This document shows, in pieces, positions 1 through 8,837 of a DNA stretch of 42,602 bases. The stretch comes from an uncultured Candidatus Saccharibacteria bacterium (GTDB lineage Bacteria; Patescibacteriota; Minisyncoccia; UBA6257; Colwellbacteraceae), in NCBI GenBank assembly GCA_964610795.1, contig CAZSWG010000001.1, positions 1 through 42,602 on the forward strand. Reading direction: 5' to 3'. Below the pieces are notes generated by a model. The model ran no database searches. It saw only the letters and a list, made by a program, of their open reading frames with translations, and was not told the DNA's origin. Position 1 is the stretch's first letter; every line of letters starts with the position of its first letter. Both the position numbers and the translations under genes were made by a program.

Positions 1-1
1 A

Positions 2-1279
2 TTAAAGTGTACTTGTGTATTTATCCATATAAGTATTTCCTACTGTTGAATATTTATTTACATAACTTGCTGGCGATGGCGACGCGCTCGCCGAGGCGCT
101 GGGAGATAAAGAAGCGCTAGGAGAAAGAGAAGCACTGGATGACCTTGATGCACTGGCCGAGGCGGAGGCAGAGGCGGATTTTGATGCCGACGCGCTGGCG
201 CTAGCGCTACCAGATGCCGACGCGCTGGCTGACGGACTAAGAGAAGCTGACTCGCTGGCGCTGGCTGACGGACTAGCTGAAGCGCTGGCTGACGCTGAGG
301 GAGATTGAGATTTACTCTCTGATGCCGAGGCACTTCTGCTGGCACTGGCACTCTCTGATTTACTCTCTGATGCCGAGGCTGATTTTGAGGCAGACTTAGA
401 TTCAGAGGCGCTCGCACTCTTTGATTCACTAGCAGAAGGGCTAAGGCTTTTAGATTCAGAGGCGCTGGGAGATAAAGAAGCGCTGGGAGATAAAGATTTA
501 GACGCTGACGCGGAAGGACTTTGTGATGGTGAAAGGCTAGCGCTTGTACTGCTTGACGGACTCTGAGAGGCCGAGGGACTCAGAGAAGGGCTTCCACTAA
601 ACGGTACATCAGTTGAAAATACTGGACTACCTGTTGCTGTTAAATCGTTATTATTAGCCGTTTCGTCAAGATAATCGTTATCAAGCTGCCAATAGGCCAC
701 AAGACCCGCTTCGTTGCCGACTAATTCCGTCTGGTATTTATCGGATATTTCCGTATCGGTTCGTATGTCATTCCAGATTCTTACTTCATCTATGAGGCCG
801 TCAAAAAACTCACTAGCAGGATCAAGTGAATTTGCACCAACATGGACTTCATAGGTATTGTTTCCGATGGTCGTTGCGCCGGTAAGCGCCATCGTATCGG
901 TAATGAGAGAACCGTTAATATAGACCTCAACGCTTGGTACGCTGATGTCTACTGCTATGGCAATATGCGTCCATGTTCCTGAAGTAATAGCAGTATTACC
1001 AACTCCAACAGTAACATTGCCACTCGCGTCACCAAAACGGATAACCGCTTTATCATCGCTCGACCGTATGGCAAATTCATATCCTCCGTTTACATCAGAT
1101 CTGAACTTGGAAATCATGGTAAAACCGGCTCCGGCCGTTGACGGTAATTGTTCCAGTTTTACCCAAGCCTCAACAGTGAAATCCGTCGATAAATCAAGAC
1201 CCGTTTGAGAAGCATCGGCAATAGAGGCATATTGTGAGCTAGAAAGTTCAAGATCAAGAGAATGGGTATTATCGGCCAT
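2..1279 (-). CDS. LamG / concanavalin-A-like lectin domain protein with a long Ser-rich low-complexity array and a Tyr/Lys-rich C-terminal motif
   Basis: ORF track gives 2..1285, but its first codon is TTG. The ATG at 1279 lies 8 nt after a -10-like box. The N-terminal ~225 aa has a Laminin_G_3-like pattern (FTVEAWVKL, GTWTHIAIAV, VYINGSL, FDGLIDEVRIWN, LVAYWQLD). Residues ~230-407 are S-x-S-A-S-x repeats. The protein ends YVNKYSTVGNTYMDKYTSTL, with TAA at 2-4. Confidence 0.8.
   Translation of the reverse strand: MADNTHSLDLELSSSQYASIADASQTGLDLSTDFTVEAWVKLEQLPSTAGAGFTMISKFRSDVNGGYEFAIRSSDDKAVIRFGDASGNVTVGVGNTAITSGTWTHIAIAVDISVPSVEVYINGSLITDTMALTGATTIGNNTYEVHVGANSLDPASEFFDGLIDEVRIWNDIRTDTEISDKYQTELVGNEAGLVAYWQLDNDYLDETANNNDLTATGSPVFSTDVPFSGSPSLSPSASQSPSSSTSASLSPSQSPSASASKSLSPSASLSPSASESKSLSPSASESKSASASESKSASKSASASESKSESASASRSASASESKSQSPSASASASASPSASASESASLSPSASASASGSASASASASKSASASASASASRSSSASLSPSASLSPSASASASPSPASYVNKYSTVGNTYMDKYTSTL
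65..598 (-). repeat. Coding low-complexity array (SPSAS / SESKS hexapeptide-like units, 18-bp periodicity)
   Basis: The translated sequence is almost only S, A, P, K, E, L and R with Ser at every second position. All reading frames are open across it. Confidence 0.9.
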
Positions 1280-1287
1280 ACCCAAAG

Positions 1288-1315
1288 ATTAGAGGACGGA
1301 TTTATCTGAAGGCAA
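1288..1315 (-). promoter_or_regulatory. Class-B promoter-like element, TTGCCT-N16-TCTAAT, with the ATG 8 nt downstream
   Basis: Minus strand reads TTGCCT tcagataaatccgtcc TCTAAT ctttgggt ATG. The same geometry occurs at 16158-16185 and 35025-35052. The -35 abuts the upstream stop codon. Confidence 0.5.
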
Positions 1316-2944
1316 TTACTGCAGGGTCTTTACGAGGTCTTTTCCTAATCCCCAATGAGGTACTTCTTCGCTTTCTACCCAGTTAATAAGAAGTTGTTGA
1401 TTCTTATATTGATCTTTTTCCCACCGCATACCTGTAGAATTAACACCAAAACGAATGTCTATATTAGGAGCCTCTGATTTCCACCTACCTAGGTTAAATT
1501 CATGTTTCCACGTAACTCTATGGTGAGTAAAAGGTTCAAACCCTGTGTTTCTGGTAAATTCTTCTTTCGTGAATCGTTCATATCGTTCTCTAAAATGGGT
1601 AATTGCAGCTTCCCGCCAAACACAAAGTCCGGATAGTTGGTTTACGTCATAATGTAAAGCATGGCCGTCTTCTCGTAAGTACCAGATATTTTGGTTATAG
1701 TAAAACGTATCTTTATCCGATGGAGTGAAATCAAAATGTGAAGGATGATAGAGTACGTCATGCTCACAAAAGAAAATTATATCCGACTTGCTATTTTCCA
1801 ACGCTCCCAGAATTTGTTTGAACATAGTGAGATACCCTCTTTTCAATGAAGGGAACCGCACGTTTTTAACTCCAAAGTCCATCTTTTTTAATGACGAACT
1901 GACTATAAACACACTTTTATCTTTCGTTACCTTTAAGAGTTGGTCCCGCACCGGCTTTGCTATTTTCTCGTTCAACTGATTGTCTGTATAAAATATCGCT
2001 CCCTTAGTAATTCCCCAATCGGGAGGATGAAACTTATCTAATATCCATTGGAATTTACGGGTAGCTTTGGGCCACTTATCTTTTTGAAACAACTCTCTTG
2101 AGAGTTCTCTATTTTCATTAACTTTGTTTTGAGGATTAGAATATGGGAAACCAAAATCCCCTCCACGAGTCCGGAAGCAATGCGCGTACCAAGTTTTCAT
2201 ATTGACTAAAACCTGCCCACCTGAAAGCCATGTTTTACAGGCGACCTCAACACCATTCTGTCCCCAGCTATTAAATTCTTCGCTAGTTAAATCTAATTCT
2301 AAATATTTTTGTTTCGTAACCATATAACATGATCCCTGTATGCTCATCGTCTCTCTATAATCTTTATTATAATTTGATCCTATAAGTACTCCTCTTTGAG
2401 CTTCTTCAGTTTTTGACCATCTGCCGTCGTATTGAAAATGCATCGTCTTATCAAATGTAAAAGCGTGAGTAGCAGGACTCTTTTTAGGAATCCAAACAAC
2501 ATCTTTTACTGTAGATTTACCACACTTTTCACACAATCCTGATGGGCTTTGATAACGCCTATGACCATCTGGACACACCCAATCAAAAATGTGCATATTA
2601 CGCATAATAGGAATTAAAGTTGTATCATCCCCTAATTCTTCCATTGCTTTAATCATCTTTAAATCAAAATCTTGGTCTACTGCACAATGGGCATCAAGTT
2701 TCATAACATATTTTGAATTAGATAATCTAACACCTTGATTAATAGCTCCACGCTGACCAACTGATACAGGATTATAAATTATAGCAACTCTATGATTAGA
2801 CTTAAAAGGTGGATCGGGAAGGAAACCATCTAGAACAGCTATTATTTCAGTCTGATCGCTAGTATGTTCCAGTACATCTTCTATGGTTCTGCCCATAAAC
2901 TCTTCATTTCTTCCTATAATTATTATAGAGAGCTTATATTGCAT
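1316..2944 (-). CDS. Two-domain glycosyltransferase: N-terminal GT-A (GT2/GT27-like) domain plus a C-terminal second transferase-like domain
   Basis: SIIIIGRNEE start and a DxH-type motif KLDAHCAV. WGQNGVEVACKTWLSGGQVLVNMKTWYAHCFR resembles the Gal/GalNAc-T motif and conserved His of GT27 enzymes. There is a Cys/His insertion, CPDGH...CEKCGK. The C-terminal ~230 aa carries CEHDVLYHPSHF. Confidence 0.75.
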   Translation of the reverse strand: MQYKLSIIIIGRNEEFMGRTIEDVLEHTSDQTEIIAVLDGFLPDPPFKSNHRVAIIYNPVSVGQRGAINQGVRLSNSKYVMKLDAHCAVDQDFDLKMIKAMEELGDDTTLIPIMRNMHIFDWVCPDGHRRYQSPSGLCEKCGKSTVKDVVWIPKKSPATHAFTFDKTMHFQYDGRWSKTEEAQRGVLIGSNYNKDYRETMSIQGSCYMVTKQKYLELDLTSEEFNSWGQNGVEVACKTWLSGGQVLVNMKTWYAHCFRTRGGDFGFPYSNPQNKVNENRELSRELFQKDKWPKATRKFQWILDKFHPPDWGITKGAIFYTDNQLNEKIAKPVRDQLLKVTKDKSVFIVSSSLKKMDFGVKNVRFPSLKRGYLTMFKQILGALENSKSDIIFFCEHDVLYHPSHFDFTPSDKDTFYYNQNIWYLREDGHALHYDVNQLSGLCVWREAAITHFRERYERFTKEEFTRNTGFEPFTHHRVTWKHEFNLGRWKSEAPNIDIRFGVNSTGMRWEKDQYKNQQLLINWVESEEVPHWGLGKDLVKTLQ

Positions 2945-2973
2945 ATTTGGTTCCTTTAAGCTACAATCATATT

Positions 2974-3444
2974 ATGAAATATCTTCAAATAATCTTGACT
3001 GATAGTGAGAAAACTAGGCTTTTCTCCAAAATTTTTATTGATCCAATTACCAATTGTTGGAATTGGACTTTTGCAAGAGATAAATTTGGATATGGATTTT
3101 TTCGTTATAAAGGAAATACATATAGAGTACATAGATTTATGTATGCCTATCTTATTGGAAAAATTCCTACGGCAAAATATGGCAAAGGAATTCCAGTATT
3201 TGACCATCTTTGTAAAAATAGATCTTGTTGTAATCCTAAACACCTTGAACTTGTTACTCAAAAAATTAATCTTCTTAGAGGATCTAGTCAAATGGCAATA
3301 AACACAAAAAAAATTCATTGTATTAAAGGACATTTACTCCCAAAAGCTAAAAAGGAAAGCCATGATGGAAAGCCTACCAGACGTTGTATAATCTGTCGCA
3401 GAGCCAATCGTATGCGCCGTTATTATGCTACTAAAAACACTTAA
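2974..3444 (+). CDS. Free-standing HNH homing endonuclease
   Basis: Motifs CWNWT, GYGFFRY, RVHRFMY, DHLCKNRSCCNPKHLELVTQKINL (HNH_3-like). It is on the opposite strand to all neighbours and visibly more AT-rich. The track starts at TTG 2947; the ATG at 2974 is preferred. Confidence 0.8.
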   Translation: MKYLQIILTDSEKTRLFSKIFIDPITNCWNWTFARDKFGYGFFRYKGNTYRVHRFMYAYLIGKIPTAKYGKGIPVFDHLCKNRSCCNPKHLELVTQKINLLRGSSQMAINTKKIHCIKGHLLPKAKKESHDGKPTRRCIICRRANRMRRYYATKNT

Positions 3445-3451
3445 ATCTACT

Positions 3452-4234
3452 TTATCCATTTCTTATCCTTTCATTATTTTTTAAAACATCTTTAATAAAT
3501 TCTGGAGAATAACCTGCTTTTTCCGAAGCCTTAACAATTGCGTTCAAATCCTTGGGCAAACACTTCCCGTCAAAACCCCGTCTATTTTTGTATACAGTCG
3601 TAAACATTTTTCCCTGCCGTTCATCTAAAACAAATCCCTCTCTCACAAGAGAGTAATCAACTCCAAACGCTTGTGCTATATTGAAAAACTCATTACAGAG
3701 GGTAACTTTAGCCGCAATAGCGCAATTTTCCATATATTTAATGAGTTCGCTTGTCGTTTCATCTACTTGATAGTACGTCTTCGTTGCCCCGAGGACAGGG
3801 TAAAAGATATCAAGTACCTCCTCCCTGTCCCCAGGGTCGCCCCCAATTATCATAAAAGAATGATGTTGAGGGTCAGTAGGATGAGGGTAAAGCCAAAAAG
3901 GTATATAATATCCGCCTTCACCAACGTACTCGGGACTGTGGCAAATTCGCTTTCCTGTAGCCTGTTTAAGCGACTTCGTAGTACCTGGAGGGATAGTTGA
4001 TTTAATAAGGATTAAACGAGTTTTAAGCCATCCTACGACTTCCTCTACTATGGAAATGTCGCAACTTCCATCCGGAAGCATAGGGGTTGGCACACAAACG
4101 ATAGCCAATTCACATTGATTAACTTCGTCGCGACTCTTTTCAATATTCCCATGTCTATCATAAAAAATAGAATCTGGAAAAATCTTTGCATACGCTCTTC
4201 CTACATACCCTCGTCCGATAATTGCTATTTTCAT
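3452..4234 (-). CDS. Short UDP-glucose/GDP-mannose 6-dehydrogenase-family protein
   Basis: MKIAIIGRGYVGRAYA (Rossmann GxGxxG), VPTP, KSTIPPGT, NPEF-like SPEYVGEG, and the catalytic-Cys motif DGKCLPKD (compare GGSCFPKD). At only 260 aa, the C-terminal nucleotide-sugar-binding domain seems to be missing. Confidence 0.7.
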   Translation of the reverse strand: MKIAIIGRGYVGRAYAKIFPDSIFYDRHGNIEKSRDEVNQCELAIVCVPTPMLPDGSCDISIVEEVVGWLKTRLILIKSTIPPGTTKSLKQATGKRICHSPEYVGEGGYYIPFWLYPHPTDPQHHSFMIIGGDPGDREEVLDIFYPVLGATKTYYQVDETTSELIKYMENCAIAAKVTLCNEFFNIAQAFGVDYSLVREGFVLDERQGKMFTTVYKNRRGFDGKCLPKDLNAIVKASEKAGYSPEFIKDVLKNNERIRNG

Positions 4235-4236
4235 AT

Positions 4237-4443
4237 TTATTTCAAAAACCTACTCCAAAAAATTATTCCGGAAGTAATAGCACATGAAACAGCAGTCCCG
4301 CCTACAACAAAAAGTGCCAAATTCTCACTTTTTCTTCTCATCTCTTGCATCGCAGAATCTGTCTCATTTATTGATATTTCCGGTTGTGGCACTACGTCAG
4401 CTTGCGGTATTGGCTTATCTCTATTTTCTGTCAACATAATCAA
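4237..4443 (-). CDS. Small single-pass membrane protein
   Basis: 68 aa with a hydrophobic segment LALFVVGGTAVSCAITSGIIFW. It is tightly packed between the flanking genes. Confidence 0.4.
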   Translation of the reverse strand: MIMLTENRDKPIPQADVVPQPEISINETDSAMQEMRRKSENLALFVVGGTAVSCAITSGIIFWSRFLK

Positions 4444-5296
4444 GCTCCTTATATAATGTACTAATGTTCTCTATGTGATATTTTTCTGCTTTTTTAAGAC
4501 ATCTTATAGAATATCCATCATAATATGACGGTGAAGCTCTTAATTCATCTAACGCTACTAAAAGTTCTGCCAAATCACCAACAGGAACATAACAGGTTTT
4601 CATCTCTTTGAAAGCCTTTTCATCAAGGGCAATAGTCGGTATGCCAAAAGAAGCGGCATTGACTAGCTTTAACGGATTAGATAAAATTTTCTTATACGGC
4701 CTCCAAACAATTTGAATATCTATCTTCTGGTAAAAATCTATAATATCCTGTCTTGTGAAAAATCTGGAATACTCAATGAGGTTCATTCCTCTTTCTGCCA
4801 GGAGTTGTTTTAGTTCTTTTGGAAGATACAAAAACGCTTTAGCTTCTCCGATAACACCCACCGTATTTACTTCTTTCCTTATCCTTTTAACCCGTTCAAA
4901 ATTGCAATGATGTTGAGGAATAAGTACAATTTTATTAGGAATTACTTTAGACATGACTTCGTAATCCGCTTCTGAACAAACAATGACTGTTACTTCGGGG
5001 TGCTTTTGGACTAATTGACCTAAATTATGACCGTCTATTATATCTAAATAGGGATTTCCCTCAAATACAAAATCATCGCCTTCTCGTACCATTGGTTTTA
5101 CATAAATACATACGCCATTCTCGTATCCGCTTGTCGGATTAAGATTCGCACCAATGTAACCGGCTATCTGATCTCCCCGGATCATAGAAGAAACACGCAT
5201 GAGATGGCCCGCTTTCCCCTTGAGTTTCCGACTGGGATCAAACTCTTGACTAGGATTGATATTAAGAAAAGCCCTTTTTGCGAATATAGAAATCAT
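4421..5296 (-). CDS. Putative GT-B-fold glycosyltransferase
   Basis: The C-terminal region IQIVWRPYKKILSNPLKLVNAASFGIPTIALDEKAFKE resembles the donor-binding half of GT1/GT4 enzymes. It sits inside the sugar cassette. Confidence 0.4.
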   Translation of the reverse strand: MISIFAKRAFLNINPSQEFDPSRKLKGKAGHLMRVSSMIRGDQIAGYIGANLNPTSGYENGVCIYVKPMVREGDDFVFEGNPYLDIIDGHNLGQLVQKHPEVTVIVCSEADYEVMSKVIPNKIVLIPQHHCNFERVKRIRKEVNTVGVIGEAKAFLYLPKELKQLLAERGMNLIEYSRFFTRQDIIDFYQKIDIQIVWRPYKKILSNPLKLVNAASFGIPTIALDEKAFKEMKTCYVPVGDLAELLVALDELRASPSYYDGYSIRCLKKAEKYHIENISTLYKELDYVDRK

Positions 5297-5772
5297 AAGA
5301 CAAAAATCTTTACTATGTCCGCGACCTTAAGTCTTCGTCCCGGGACATTCATTTCAACATTAAAATCTGGTATCAAGTTTATCGAATGCAAAAATTCATC
5401 TTTACTCACTATATAACGGTAAACATCTTGAATCTCGGCATCCCTGTTATTTTTCAAATAATTGATAAGTGTATATGGATTAGATCCCCATGTGATATTT
5501 CCTAACCTTATAATGCAATATTTAGGAAAATTCTCTTTTACCAATCCCTCCATCTCTCTTTTATGCTGAATATACCTTGTATTCCCGTAAAAAATAGACA
5601 GTGAGCTAAAATAGACAAGTCGTTGTGACCTGTTTTGTGCTAATAATAAATCCTTTTCTCTCTGATACTCAGATTCTCTGGTTTCAAGGCTGTTAGATAC
5701 CCCTGAAGCGAAATACAGCCTTCCTGGGTCATCCTGTAAAGCGCTAGCTATGTCTCCATGACCAACTATCAT
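5293..5772 (-). CDS. Short SDR-like protein (possible nucleotide-sugar epimerase/reductase remnant)
   Basis: The ATG at 5772 forms an ATGA overlap with the upstream stop. A YxxxK motif (YIQHK) lies downstream of a Ser-rich strand (FSSLSIF). The N-terminus reads IVGHGDIASAL. This is a weak call. Confidence 0.3.
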   Translation of the reverse strand: MIVGHGDIASALQDDPGRLYFASGVSNSLETRESEYQREKDLLLAQNRSQRLVYFSSLSIFYGNTRYIQHKREMEGLVKENFPKYCIIRLGNITWGSNPYTLINYLKNNRDAEIQDVYRYIVSKDEFLHSINLIPDFNVEMNVPGRRLKVADIVKIFVL

Positions 5773-6416
5773 GTCTTTACCCAAAACCAACTTCGGTATC
5801 TATCTCTAATTTCTCCTTCTTTGTAATCTAATGAACCCACTATAAAAAGGGGTAGCATCCTATAGCTCCACACATACGCTTCCAAAGCTCTTTTAACGTG
5901 AATCAGTTTCCTGAAAGGATAACGGGCGTAATCATGTCCTGACATAATTCCCCCAACCCTCACTTTCTTCAACCAATAGTGCAAATCGTTGGTAAAGTTT
6001 ACAAAGTCATGTCCCGCGTCAATATAGACAAAATCAAGTGAATTATCAGGAAAGTCCTTTACTGCGTCCATTGAATATTTTTTAACAAACGTATAATTCT
6101 TATAGGGAGCCATTCTTTTTTGAGCTTCTTTATAAATATCATCAAAGAATTGCTGTGTTTCTCCTCCTACAAAAACTCCTTCTGGATGCGCGTCAAGTTT
6201 CCACGCATCAATTCCATAGATGGTAGCTTGGGGATTAACTTTACATAAAACTTCAGAATACTTACCCTTAAATACCCCAATTTCTGCCCCTCTATTAAAA
6301 TTCAGTTCAGCAAACAACTCAGCCATATTGTCTCGGCCTATGTTTGGAATTTCAACAATATACTGGTTTCCAATATTAAGATTGTATTTTTTTACTATGT
6401 AGTCAAATGAGTTCAT
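5769..6416 (-). CDS. Class I SAM-dependent methyltransferase (Methyltransf_24 / sugar O-MTase-like)
   Basis: EIGVFKGKYSEVL (motif I), DFVYIDAGHDF and GGIMSGHDY are typical of this family. Confidence 0.7.
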   Translation of the reverse strand: MNSFDYIVKKYNLNIGNQYIVEIPNIGRDNMAELFAELNFNRGAEIGVFKGKYSEVLCKVNPQATIYGIDAWKLDAHPEGVFVGGETQQFFDDIYKEAQKRMAPYKNYTFVKKYSMDAVKDFPDNSLDFVYIDAGHDFVNFTNDLHYWLKKVRVGGIMSGHDYARYPFRKLIHVKRALEAYVWSYRMLPLFIVGSLDYKEGEIRDRYRSWFWVKT

Positions 6417-6483
6417 AACCCGAAAATACGTATTAGTATGTACATTGCTATAGAACCAATAAATGAACCCAAAATTAAATCTT

Positions 6484-6993
6484 TCATACCCAAAAATCTT
6501 CTAAATCAACAAAGTTTGATAGAACGGTTGCATGATTTTTGTCCTTATCCCAAATGATCCGGTACTTAAATAGTGAGTATATTTCCGAGTAGTGATATGT
6601 TTTATCTTTGTTACCGTTTGAGTCATGGATAATGATGTACTTTGCAAATTTAGCAAGCCTCTTAATCTCCTCAACACGGCTAGAATCGGGTGTTTGATCT
6701 ATCAAAACAACATCCCATGGCTTCTCAATCTTCGCGTCCGAGTATTTTTCAACAAAGTTTATTTCGTGTGTAGGACACTTATAACCATAATCTATAAAAA
6801 ATTGCATCCAAGATTTAGTATTCTCATAGGATACTAATTTACGATTAGAAAGATAACATTGATAATGAAGATAAGGAGTACTAAACACTCCCATTCCCAA
6901 CTCTAGGACATCTCCCGTAGTTTTAGACATCGCCTTAATAAGCGCTGGCAGATGAGTACCATAATTGCCGGATACGAACATTTTATATGCCAT
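6484..6993 (-). CDS. Class I methyltransferase-fold protein
   Basis: VLELGMGVFSTP (motif I-like), VVLIDQTPDS and IIIHDSN. A strong SD (GGAGGAAA) precedes the ATG. Confidence 0.45.
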   Translation of the reverse strand: MAYKMFVSGNYGTHLPALIKAMSKTTGDVLELGMGVFSTPYLHYQCYLSNRKLVSYENTKSWMQFFIDYGYKCPTHEINFVEKYSDAKIEKPWDVVLIDQTPDSSRVEEIKRLAKFAKYIIIHDSNGNKDKTYHYSEIYSLFKYRIIWDKDKNHATVLSNFVDLEDFWV

Positions 6994-7882
6994 TTTCCTC
7001 CTGCCATTTATCTAGTAACACTCTCCAATTTTCGGACCATGTAGGCATTAACTCAAATTTGTCTAAAAACCACTCAAAACTATGGAGATAGTTTCCTTTA
7101 TCTCCTACAAAATGTCTGGCTGCTATATCATAGGATTTAACCTCTTGAGCATGATCCATATGATAACCACGTTTGTTCCCTTGCTGATGGAGATGTGCAT
7201 ACCAGGTATTCTTATTGACCATTACTTTACCACCCATTAACCAATTCTTCAGTGCTAACCAGATTGGCTCCATTGCATGTCCGTAGGGGTCAATGTTTGG
7301 GAAGCCCCCCAATTCAAAATATCTATCTTTTGTCATAAACCAACCGGAACCGTGAATTTGTGGGGTTTCATCCACGCCAAGATGACTTGTAAGCCTCTCT
7401 TGAGTTCTCTCTGGCCAATGACCACCTGCCTTGAATCTAAAACCCTTTGGATCAGTGAAGGGACAACAGAGATAAAAGTAATCGTAAAACTCTTCTTTGC
7501 CATCTCTCATCTGAATACTCCAATCGTCTTTGATTATCTTGAAGCGGGGCATGACTATCCAATCTTCTTCCATATCAGCTTGGAGAATCTCATCAAAGCC
7601 TTTTCCGAAGGAACAGTGTGCATCAGACTTGTAGATATACTTGCCAGTAGCCATAGCGGCCATAGCGTTTATGTTGGTTTTGATGCCGACGACCGAAGGG
7701 AAGTGGACTACTTGTGTGTTAGAAACATGGGGGATATCTTCTACTCCATAACCACATTCACCATCAAACCCAACGATAACTTCATACTCTCCGGTCGTAT
7801 TCTCATAGATACTTTTAAGAGTCCGACTGAGGTTCTCTAATTTCTCCCCCCTCGCCGGTATTATTATTGACACTTTGCTCAT
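6983..7882 (-). CDS. GT-A glycosyltransferase, GT27-like paralog 2
   Basis: VSIIIPARGE, a DxH motif at KSDAHCSF, and LALKNWLMGGKVMVNKNTWYAHLH. It is collinear with the 1316..2944 N-terminal domain and with 8834..9724. Confidence 0.75.
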   Translation of the reverse strand: MSKVSIIIPARGEKLENLSRTLKSIYENTTGEYEVIVGFDGECGYGVEDIPHVSNTQVVHFPSVVGIKTNINAMAAMATGKYIYKSDAHCSFGKGFDEILQADMEEDWIVMPRFKIIKDDWSIQMRDGKEEFYDYFYLCCPFTDPKGFRFKAGGHWPERTQERLTSHLGVDETPQIHGSGWFMTKDRYFELGGFPNIDPYGHAMEPIWLALKNWLMGGKVMVNKNTWYAHLHQQGNKRGYHMDHAQEVKSYDIAARHFVGDKGNYLHSFEWFLDKFELMPTWSENWRVLLDKWQEENGI

Positions 7883-8409
7883 GGAATCCTTCCTATAATT
7901 ATCAATCTATCGTCGTATCTTTTTCCCACCTTCTTAACATTTACATAAAATCCAAGGAGCGCTTTTATTAACTCCTTGCCCACGCTCTCATCTGCCACAT
8001 CCTCAATTACATAAATAGTTTTTTTACTAAGCATGGGCATGACTGTTGCACAAGTAAAATACTGATCTTCCGGCTTGTGGCTTCCGTCATCAATAACTAA
8101 ATCAATGTCTGAACCAATTACGTCAATTAAATAAATTAGGTCTTTTTCTATCCCCTGATGACACAGATACGCTACAATACGATCTTCCTTTAAAAGACGT
8201 GTTTCATCAATTTCAGCCCCGTAAATCATTGCGTTAGGAAAGAAGTCTCTGAACATTCTCAAGCCCGCCCCCTCTCCAACACCTATTTCCAGAACCTTTT
8301 TAACCTCATTCCGCCTGTCTTTGAACAGACCATAATAAACAGGCAGGTAGTTATGCTTTCCTATCTTATCGGTGCCGTATTTTTTACCCAGCTTTTCTAA
8401 ATCGTTCAT
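7879..8409 (-). CDS. Class I SAM-dependent methyltransferase
   Basis: KYGTDKIGKHNYLPVYY followed by VLEIGVGEGAGLRMF and VIDDGSH. This is a signature common in sugar and polyketide O-methyltransferases. Confidence 0.7.
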   Translation of the reverse strand: MNDLEKLGKKYGTDKIGKHNYLPVYYGLFKDRRNEVKKVLEIGVGEGAGLRMFRDFFPNAMIYGAEIDETRLLKEDRIVAYLCHQGIEKDLIYLIDVIGSDIDLVIDDGSHKPEDQYFTCATVMPMLSKKTIYVIEDVADESVGKELIKALLGFYVNVKKVGKRYDDRLIIIGRIP

Positions 8410-8837
8410 TTTTGATCTTTGATTCTCTGCTTTAATCTTCCCGATCCAAAATTATGATCTCTCTTGTTGCGATAAATTTCTATACCTCGCTTTTCGCATA
8501 TATTCATTCCTGTCACCGGATGGTCCCTGGGTTCGTCTCCCATTATTCGTACATCTATATCAAGTGTACTTAAAATCTCTTTCAATTCTTCTTCGTTTTG
8601 ATAAACAATTATTTCATCAACATACTTACACGACTTAACCTGTATTTGTCTCTCTACAAGAGATTGGACAGGCTTATTTTTCCAAGGTCTATCTATTGAA
8701 GGATCAGTTTCAATACCAACCAATAAGTAGTCACAAACCTCTTTACACTCTTGAAGCATAACAGCATGACCCGCATGAAAAAGGTCAAAAGCACCGGCTA
8801 CAAATCCTACCCTATCGTTTTTTTGTATTTCTCTCAT
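8406..8837 (-). CDS. Cytidylyltransferase-family nucleotidyltransferase (TagD / HldC-RfaE domain II-like)
   Basis: GFVAGAFDLFHAGHAVML contains the HxGH motif. LLVGIETDPS ... KPVQSLVERQ is collinear with heptose-1-P adenylyltransferase and glycerol-3-P cytidylyltransferase. Confidence 0.8.
   Translation of the reverse strand: MREIQKNDRVGFVAGAFDLFHAGHAVMLQECKEVCDYLLVGIETDPSIDRPWKNKPVQSLVERQIQVKSCKYVDEIIVYQNEEELKEILSTLDIDVRIMGDEPRDHPVTGMNICEKRGIEIYRNKRDHNFGSGRLKQRIKDQK

Noticed and set aside
58-429. Alternative-frame minus-strand ORFs inside the arrays encode Gln/Pro/Arg/Leu-rich products. Examples are 58..429, 10502..10933, 37958..38260, 38381..38656, 38933..39244, 39269..39490, 41315..41554, 41561..41782 and 42185..42388.
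   Set aside because: Compositional bias keeps all frames open. I found no independent start signals. A frameshift-tolerance idea is conceivable but nothing in the sequence supports it.
7277-7840. A 187-aa plus-strand ORF lies antisense to the GT-A gene. Similar antisense ORFs occur at 9248..9634, 3671..4000, 945..1208, 12997..13383 and 35636..35965.
   Set aside because: Each lies entirely within a well-supported minus-strand gene, and none has start signals or motifs.
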